Source: Podarcis gaigeae (lineage: Eukaryota). From it: DNA of 64,000 nt. Each line of letters starts with the position of its first letter. The first letter of the stretch is position 1. Location: the NCBI GenBank assembly GCA_964106915.2, contig OZ066916.1. One strand, given 5' to 3'. The position numbers and the translations under genes were made by a program. The notes beneath the pieces were generated by a model, which had not been told where the DNA came from, made no database searches, and saw nothing but the letters and a program-made list of their open reading frames with translations. This document shows positions 55,408 to 64,000 of this stretch, piece after piece.

Positions 55408-55572
55408 CAGCTTTGCTTTTATTGTCCCCGAGTCAACACTCTGACCAGTTTTTGCATGGAGTTGAAGCTGGATGGCATGGAGTTGTAATAGTTGATCGTG
55501 CACCTCTTTTTCTAATACTGCTTTTTCAGCCCGTGTTTCTATCAGTTCTGATTTCATGTCCACTAGCTGTGC
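55408..55572 (-). CDS. GOPC: GOPC exon 2 (coiled coil, [17 protein letters not shown]...SGTIKAKL); exon 1 is outside the window
   Basis: CCAG acceptor, GTGAGT donor, 165 nt phase 0-0; near-identical to recognised GOPC sequence. Confidence 0.96.
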
Positions 55573-56113
55573 CTGGAACATAAGTTATTCAATAATCCAC
55601 ATGATCAAAAAGTCTATAGAAAAAGATATTTTGACTCTGGATGTTTTCTGTCCTTCAAATTAGTGTAAATCACCAGTTTTTAAACCAAAGAAATAACACA
55701 GGTTTCTTTACATAGTCACAAAACCGCTTAAGTAGAAGTTTTTTTCAATCTGTTCAAGCTTGAATCCTAAACACAGATTGAATCAGACTGATTGATCAAT
55801 AACGGGAACAGAATATTATGGAATAAACTGAAAAAGTGAGAAGATTCCACCCTTTAATAACATGTTAAAATCCTGTCATACAGGAATGGTGGTCATTTAT
55901 ACACAATGATATTAAGGAACAGACCTACCGAGTCATAACATATATGGAATGTTTGGCACAACCAATCAGAAATATATTACATACTGAAAGAGAAAAAGAA
56001 TGTTTGTGCTCAAGTTCCAAGCAAGTTTGGCAAATCATATTCTAACAGTTAGAATGGTAAAATTCTATGGTTAATGACAGTTAAAGATTTAGCATAACCT
56101 CTACCTGATTAAA

Positions 56114-56480
56114 GGGACGCAGGTGGCGCTGTGGGTTAAAGCCTCAGTGCCTAGGACTTGCCGGCTGAAAGGTCGGCGGTTCGAATCCCTGCGGCGGGGT
56201 GCGCTCCCGCTGCTCGGTCCCAGCGCCTGCCAACCTAGCAGTTCAAAAGCACCTCCGGGTGCAAGTAGATAAATAGGGACCGCTTACCAGCGGGAAGGTA
56301 AACGGCGTTTCCGTGTGCAGCTCTGGCTCGCCAGATGCAGCTTTGTCACGCTGGCCACGTGACCCGGAAGTGTCTCCGGACAGCGCTGGCCCCTGGCCTC
56401 TTAAGTGAGATGGGCGCACAACCCCAGAGTCTGTCAAGACTGGCCCGTACGGGCAGGGGTACCTTTACCTTTACCTTTAC
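56114..56480 (+). mobile_element. Sauria SINE, full length
   Basis: Same head/body/tail as the 41.7-kb copy; 12-bp TSD CTACCTGATTAA (56101-56112, 56481-56492). Confidence 0.9.
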
Positions 56481-56718
56481 CTACCTGATTAATGTGTTTC
56501 AGCAATGAAAGACCTCTAGCTGGGAATTCGCTTTTGCTTTCTGCTATGTAAATTGTTTAATAACAGAGGCCTTTTAGTTTATCTAGTAAGCCTTAAAATT
56601 CAACTGGGCATTAACAGCATACAAATATATGATTCAGTTAATATCCTGTGATCTTTTAACACAGCTAACAGTAAATTGTTTCCTGCTTGTTTATTCTTAC
56701 TGGTATGTCAGTCTACAA

Positions 56719-56854
56719 CAGGCTTCCTCAAATTCGGCCCTCCAGATGTTTTGAGACTACAATTCCCATTATTCCTGACCACTGGTCCTGCTAGCTAGGG
56801 ATCATGGGATTTGTAGGCCAAAAACAGCTGGAGGGCAGAGTTTGAGGATGCCTG
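56719..56854. mobile_element. hAT-type MITE (related core, different termini)
   Basis: Imperfect palindrome CAGGCTTCCTCAAA...TTTGAGGATGCCTG, perfect 8-bp TSD GTCTACAA. Confidence 0.85.
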
Positions 56855-57029
56855 GTCTACAAAATAGTAGTGGATTACCCTACACCTTACTGTGCTTTAG
56901 GAAAGCCTGGAGGAATGTAATAGCCTTTACCTTAACTGTTTATTGATTTTATGGTTATTGCTGAAGGGTGTGAGTGGGTGGTAGACCAACCCCCAAGTAC
57001 ACTAGGCATTGTTAAACTGTAGCATAACA

Positions 57030-57165
57030 CAGTGTTTCCCAACCTTGTGCCTCCAGATGTTTTTGGCCTACAACTCCCATCATCCCTAGCTAGCAAGACC
57101 AGTGGTCAGGGATGATGGGAGTTGTAGGCCAAAAACATCTGGAGGCACAAGGTTGGGAAACACTG
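57030..57165. mobile_element. hAT-type MITE with perfect 58-bp inverted arms
   Basis: Arms 57030-57087 and 57108-57165 are exact reverse complements; perfect 8-bp TSD GCATAACA. Confidence 0.9.
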
Positions 57166-58239
57166 GCATAACACATTTACAATTTATCACTGCAAGAAAC
57201 GAAAGGCTATAGTAGTCTAAACAGTGGTGTGTTATAATTCATGATCACTATTTTCTTTAATGTTGATTACTCTTTCACAGCTGTAAGAGCTTAGAAAAGA
57301 CACTCTGCCAATTGCAAACAATAATGACTGAGCAAGTCTTGCTGATATAATTGCTGTCTTGCGCAAACATACAGTCTAGATGTACAATTTGCCAACAGGA
57401 AGTCAAAAGCTAAAAACTGACTTGTTGCTTACAACTGTTTAGCAAAACTGATCTCCTCTGAACTAAATGGGGGAGAAAGATTGGACAGCTTTAACAAGAT
57501 TTATGTGCACACTTCACTACAGGAATCACTAAGATGGTTAAAACTGTATTATTTTAAAATATTTTTTCATCCTACCATTCAACTTAAGGGTTTCCAAGGC
57601 AACCACATGAACTACAGGGTATAGTAAGTAATGCATTTAGAAGTGCTAGGCTCCGTATGGAAATTGGGAGATTTTAATTTGCCAATAACTGATTCCAGTG
57701 AGGGAAAGTGTATTGGGTGTATTGTAAACTTTACTTCTCATTAATATTGATTATTGCTTAAAGTTGTTCTAAAATACAATTTTTAAGTCAACTTCAATTC
57801 CTAGACTTCAACAAACTTTTAATTAGAACATAAACTTACATACAAATAGGGTTTGATCCATCACTTTTTATCTATGGATGTGTTACTGATTTGATTCAAA
57901 CAAGAGAAGGAAGGTACATTTGGATCAGAAATAGAGTAAGAAATAAAAGACAGCACTGATGCTCTCTAATCACCTTCAAGCTATTAATATGCTTAGAACA
58001 TCAGTGTCATTATTTGTCAAAATATTTCTAACTTGCTTTATTAGCAGTTGATCTCAGGTTGGAATATACCTGTAAAACAATCAATAAAACAATCCTTGAA
58101 ATTCAAAAACCATAAAGCACTAGTTATATTCAATACAAAGTCTAAAATGCTTGACACCAACAAACAGCACAAGCAGGTCAAAAGCTGAACTACTCTCAAA
58201 ATGGTCCAAAAGTCAAAGAAAAAAGTAAGGTTTTAATTT

Positions 58240-59870
58240 GTGCCAATTTATAGTCAATATCAGTGTCAGGAAGGCAGGGATTCCATAATTGGAGCACCAC
58301 AACAGAAAAGGATCTCTCCTGCATCTCCACATAATGTTCAGCTTCCAGGGGAGGGACGCACAACCTAGCAAATGTTAATTCTCAGGGAGAAATATATGCA
58401 GAGGCGCAACCTTGCAAGTACTGAGGTACCGAGCCATTTAGCGCTCTAAATTAACACATTGAAAGCAGACAGGAAGCATTTGGCAGTCAATGTAATTTCT
58501 TTATGATCAGCCGTAGATGGATTATATGAGAGACTCCCAATGGCAATCTTGCTGCTGGCTTCTGTCCCTTTTATGTCATCTTCAAGAGCAGCCCCATGTA
58601 GAGCACACTGCAGTAATCTAACTGCAAAGTTACAAAAGCAGACACTCTTATGACTAGACTGCTTCTGTCTAGCAACAGTCAACTGGCAGGTCAGTCAAAA
58701 TTTGCCGAAGCTGCTCCAAGCCACCAAAGCTCTTAAGCTTTGAGTGGCAAGATTGAATATAGAGTACTCCCAGCCTACATTCTTGTTCCTTCAGGATTGC
58801 AGTCCCATCTAGACCAAGTTGATCACCTAATTTCTGGAATCAAAACCCACCAATCCACTGAGCCTCCATCTTGTCAGGATGCAGTTCCAGTTTACTGGCC
58901 CTCATCCAGTCCATAACAGCAGGCATATGGCTATAGACACCCAGGATTTGCACAACCTCACCTGTCTCAGATGTCATGAAGCAACACAGCTGGGTATCAT
59001 CAGCATACAGCACACCATAATCAGCACACCAGCTCCAAAAGTTTCAGTGACCTCTCTCAATGGCTTCATAAAGTTGTTAAATAGCAAGGGGGGGGGGCAG
59101 AATAGAACCCTGTGGTCTCCCACAACTTGTCATGGAGCAGAGCAGAAGTTCGTCAACACTACATTATGGAACCTATCCTATAAGTAGGAATAGAACCATG
59201 ATAGTACCATGCCCCAAACATCTATCCCACAGAGCTGATATGTGCCATGACAGGCAAGGGTTGAGAGCACCTGTAGTTGGTTGGATTCACTGATTCAATC
59301 GTCTCATCCACTTCCTCAGAAAACACCAACCAAAGCTGATTCCAAGATACCTGAATAGACAGTACACTGGACAGCTCCACAGATATTGCAACTTGACACT
59401 ATAGTTGGGACAATAGGATACAAGCAACTTTTTCTTCCAAGTGTTTAACAAATTTATCACAGCAAATACCCAGGGATCCAATCCACTTCCTTCTAAATCT
59501 GACTACAACAGACTCTTTACTACTTAGAACCACTCTGCTGGATGATACTGCAATGGATGAAGCAAAATAAGTCCTTTAGACATGGCACTGTGCTCAGTCA
59601 TACTCAATGAGGGATCTCCACCATCAAACCAATCTAATGAGGAAATGGTCTCTCCATAACAACAGTGTTAATGGACAACCATCTCCCCAAGAGTTTGGAT
59701 CCCAGCAGAAAGGAGATTCTATCTTGTATCACTGCCTTAGAAGACCAGGGGGCGGGCATAGAAGAGCTTCTGAAGAGAAGATCACTTGGGCAGAGCTCCA
59801 GGGTTGTTGTGAGGACCTCGGTGATAAATTTTGCACAATAAAAAATATTACATAAATAAACAGCAATATG
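58240..59870 (-). mobile_element. Degenerate L2-type LINE ORF2 (reverse transcriptase) remnant
   Basis: Minus strand gives LYADDTQL at about 58987-59010 and a PQGSIL..LLFN-like motif at about 59075-59120; frame is broken; boundaries approximate. Confidence 0.75.
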
Positions 59871-62025
59871 CTTACAATACCATACCATTCTGAAAAAACA
59901 ATTTCAAACCAGAACTTTAAAAACTATACCAACATGAAAGGGACTCAGCTTAGCATATCACTACATCCTAAGCCACACTAGAAGAACAGACTGTAATGCA
60001 CATCACTTTAGAGAAGGAAGGTGACTACCTTTTACAAAATATCAAATTCATCAGTCTCAACCAATTTATTTTTAGAAATCAGCTATTATCATCAGGATCC
60101 TCTGAAGAGAATAACTGAAAGCAGCTTATCTAGCCTACAACACACATTTTTCAGTAAGGTAAGTACCAGCTGAAGAATACTTTATTTTATTTTTACCCTG
60201 AAAGTTTAAAGTGATGTGCCTAAGGGAAACCTATTTTAACTCTATGTACATATTAGTTAAAGCATTTGTTTGGCCCTTTTAAATTCAGAATACAACTTCA
60301 GAGGAAATACATTACTGAGGCTTATAATATTATGAATAAAACAAACATTGAGAAAATGTTCACTCTGTTCATAATACAACTGAGCGTCATTCGATAAAGC
60401 TATTGGCAGTAGGTTCAGGACAAAGGCACTTTTTCACATATCATACGAATGACCTATGGATTCACAAGATTTAGTTCTGGGCAGATGTTAAAAATGGTTC
60501 ACTGTGACTACCAGGTTGACTCTCATTATCATAAGCTGAGGAAAAACTGGCTCTGCATTAAAAAGACTTCCAAGGCTTGTGTTAGGGTCACTCTCCACTC
60601 ATGTGCCCAGCTGGGACCAAACACAAACCGAGATACTGTCCACTCAACTGGGACCTTTAACTGTGCACTGCAGGAAAAGGTTGGTAATGGGAGGCATGCT
60701 ATCTTCCAGCTGTTTCCCTTTATCACTTATTTCATTGAAGAACTACCCTGGTGTTCTTCAGAAGTCTATAGACATAGATCTAAAACCACCATTGCAATGG
60801 AGCAAATGTACAGTTGATATTCATTTGCAGCAGCATGGGAAAAAGTATTTCCTCAAGGTAGCACTCTGTTGTAAGGATATCACATTTCCCTGGCACTTTC
60901 AAAACACAAGGTTTTATAAAAACCATTTCCATACAGCTCTATAACAGAAAATGACAGCTGATGAGTGACCTAACTGCTGCCTGTTCTATGCACTCTCTGT
61001 TTTCTGAATTTCTTTTTAAAACCTGTTGTTTATGAAAAACGTGTAACTTAGATTTTGAGTGCTTCCCCCATACTACTCATGGCATACTTATAGGAGGGGG
61101 AATGGTGAACACGAAAAACCTATCTTTTTCCTCACACGACCTCACAAAAATGACTAGAAGAAAATGAAACAACTGAATAGGATGAAGTCAGGAAGTTAAC
61201 AGTGGGGCTGCCTACCAAATCTCTGCTGAGAGAGCGTTCCACAGAATGGGAATGGCAACACTAAATGTCTGACCCATAGTTGAGACCAGGAAGGCTTCGG
61301 AAACATGGGAAACTAACAGTACTAGGCAACCAAGCTGGGAAATAAGAGTGCAGGTGGTCATTAAGATATCCTGGACCTAACTTGTTCACGGCTTTGCAAA
61401 TAATAATATGAAGATCAGACATACAATTTGAAAAACAATGTACTAATCTATAAAATATTAATAGTATTTCAATACCATAGGAAATAACTTTTATTAACAA
61501 AGGCTTTGTGAGTCTTCTTCAAAAGAAAGGTATAAATTCATTTGTAATAACTTAGCTTCATTGGGGTATATTCAGTGATGGCTCTGCAGTAGCAGAAAGC
61601 ACTTTTGCAATTCAGGATACCTGATTTTCTTTTATTCTCCCTACTTACTGCAGACCCTTGGAGCCCTTTAAAAGCTGCTCATGGTATGGGGGACCTTCAG
61701 GTATAATATGAGACATGTTATAGAAAGCTACAGCAGATACAAGCATTTGGCAAAAAAAATACCTTCCACAAGTGAGAACCAACACTTAACACAAACTGCA
61801 GTGTTAATTTGGAATATATAGAATTGTGATGCAAGAATACTTGGGGAAAAGCAAAAAAGATAACATGATGATCTCACTATGTCCTGAGCACAGTTGACTT
61901 CTACAGTCACTGGGCTTCTTATAAAAAAAATGACAAAAGGAGAAGAACATTATAAGCTAGCTTTAAAAATGAACTAGTATGCTGAACAGTGGAGGGGAAG
62001 GAAGTCTTTCAGGTAACCTGGTCCA

Positions 62026-62065
62026 GGTATCTGAAGAAGTGTGCATGCACACGAAAGCTCATACC
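62026..62065 (+). ncRNA. Minimal type-I hammerhead ribozyme motif, copy 1 (predicted cleavage after C62060)
   Basis: Stem I GGTAT/ATACC; core CTGAAGA; stem II GTGTG-CATG-CACAC; GAAA; palindromic AGCT stem III; CUC triplet. Confidence 0.72.
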
Positions 62066-62206
62066 AAGAACTAACTTAGTTGGTCTTTAAGGTGCTACTG
62101 GAAGGAATTTTTTTTGTTTTGACTATGGCAGACCAACACGGCTACCTATCTGTAACTGGAACTATGGAACTGGAACTATGGAAGGCACCACATTGAGCCG
62201 CATGAA

Positions 62207-62246
62207 GGTATCTGAAGAAGTGTGCATGCACACGAAAGCTCATACC
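62207..62246 (+). ncRNA. Minimal type-I hammerhead ribozyme motif, copy 2 (predicted cleavage after C62241)
   Basis: Identical to copy 1, 181 nt downstream. Confidence 0.72.
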
Positions 62247-63137
62247 AAGAACTAACTTAGTTGGTCTTTAAGGTGCTACTGGAAGGAATTTTTTTAGTAT
62301 GCTGAAGTCACATTATAAATTGATGACAATCACTTGTTCAGACAAGAGTAAGTTCACATTACTATAGAATAACTAGGATTTCAAGAGTGGACCAGTTTCT
62401 AAGTTCTATCTTAAAGCCTAATGTTACTAAATAATGGCATTGCAGCTTACTAGACAGATGATCTTTTGCAATATATAGTGCTGGAACTTCAAACGTATCT
62501 GAGGTTTCAAAAACACTTTTTTTCACATAGAGTATCCCAGGATGAATCCCTGGTCTCTTCAGTTAAAAGGGATTGGGAGCAGCAGGTAATGTTAAAGACT
62601 ATCAATCTGAAACTCTGGAGAGAGACTGCCAGTCAGAGTAGACAATACTAGGCTAGACAAAGAAATTGTCGAACCTGGTATAAGGCAGACTACCAACCAG
62701 ACTACCAACATTTATTTTGAGCACAGTCCTATTAGAAACAGAGTTGAAAACTTATCAGGTTAACAGGGTTAAAATGGTACCATTAGAGTCTATTTTGTAT
62801 TGTTTTGCTTTATATATGTCTGCCTTGTGTTTTCATTGTACATCACCTTGAAACAATTGTATAGAAAGTGATTAATAAACTGATGATGATAAGAAGAACA
62901 TTAACCCCAATATTTGAAACTATTAAGATAAGGATGGGGAATATTTTTTTGGCCACATTCCCTCTTGGCCAATTTTCTGAGGGCCAAGACAAATGTGGGC
63001 ATGTACCACACATGCAGACTCTCACTCTTCACACCCCAAGCATCTGCCTTGGAAACTGCAGCTCCATAAAGCCTCCTCATGCAGCTCAAAAAGAGCCTCC
63101 TCATACATGACTGCCTATAGAAGGCTTTGTTCTATGC

Positions 63138-63297
63138 CAGGGGTGGCCAACTCCCAAGAGACTGTGATCTAATCACAGAGACTGGCAGTGATCTACCCCC
63201 TGGGGGTTCAGGTCAAAGTTGTTGAGCTTTTTTTTTAAGGAGGAAGAAAGCCTTGGGGTTTTTTTGGGGGGAGAGATCTGCCTGTTGGAAGTGCCTG
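63138..63297. mobile_element. hAT-type MITE
   Basis: CAGGGGTGGCCAAC...GTTGGAAGTGCCTG termini, TSD TTCTATGC/TTCTATCC. Confidence 0.65.
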
Positions 63298-64000
63298 TTC
63301 TATCCTAATTGCTGTAGGGGGGAGGGAATGCTGCAGGCAGGATCAGAAGGAGCAGCTGACCACATCCAGTCCATGGGCTCCCTGTTCTTCATCCTATTTA
63401 TTAAGATATGAACTTCATTATATGTGCACTGTAAACAATTCTGAATCCTATATCTGCTTATAAGTCCTTAAACATAACTGTTATAAGAATTAGTGAGTGG
63501 GAAAATTAGAGCGAGAAATGGGAAGGAGTCTACTGTACTGTGGCCCAGCTCCAACACCTTAATCTTAGTTAATGTTCATCTAAATCTCTGCAGCCCTAAC
63601 TTATTTTGTCTGTCCTCTAAAGAGATCTAGAAGACTTATTCTGGTGAAATATGAAGATTTTCTACCTGAAGAAATAAAACAGACTGCCAATGTTTCTTAT
63701 GGGCATGGTCCTATTCTGGATGAAATTTTCTTCACCATAGTAAAATCCTGGAATTGTGTGTTATTCAGACTTAACCTATACAGCATTGCTCTACAACTGT
63801 TACTGAATGATAATAATCAGACTGATACATTTTATTCTAATATGCTCATACCCATGCCTGCTACTACTTACTATCGTATGTACTTAATTTTTTGCATGTT
63901 GTTTGTAGCCACTGTCTTGTCCATAATAGTACTTATAATTTGGATTTAGCGGCCCAATACTATAAAGTTGTGAGAGATAGTTATTTGTTCCATCTAACAA

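Larger units (their letters stand above)
61987..62294 (+). mobile_element. Penelope-like / retrozyme-type non-autonomous retroelement with two identical 90-bp direct repeats, each starting with a hammerhead motif
   Basis: 12-bp TSD TAGTATGCTGAA (61975-61986, 62295-62306); identical repeats 62025-62114 and 62206-62295; pLTR-like TTAGTTGGTCTTTAAGGTGCTAC tail. Confidence 0.8.

Noticed and set aside
55573-64000. GOPC exon 1
   Set aside because: No CpG island or MFRWLEVLEKEFDK-like coding sequence found; it must lie beyond the window.

Overview
Eukaryotic (vertebrate) genomic DNA. The repeat content (Sauria SINEs, a tRNA-Lys/CR1-tail SINE) points to a squamate, most likely a lacertid lizard. Two convergent genes can be rebuilt by hand from GT-AG boundaries and codon phase. 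(1) DCBLD1 is complete on the + strand: 15 coding exons, 4991-34357, 2133 nt / 710 aa, with signal peptide, CUB, LCCL, F5/8-C, TM and a YxxP-rich tail, behind a CpG-island promoter. (2) GOPC (PIST/CAL/FIG) exons 2-9 are on the - strand (55572 down to 46236), including the 24-nt alternative microexon; exon 1 lies beyond the right edge. Non-coding DNA is rich in Sauria SINEs, other tRNA-derived SINEs, L2 LINE remnants, hAT and Tc1/mariner MITEs and microsatellites. The most striking element is a young, TSD-flanked 308-bp insertion in GOPC intron 1 (61987-62294). It carries two identical minimal type-I hammerhead ribozyme motifs 181 nt apart with a palindromic stem III, i.e. a Penelope-like/retrozyme-type element. 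A broken, inverted copy of the same family lies at about 36 kb. Gene and repeat names come from my recognition of the sequences, not from database searches.
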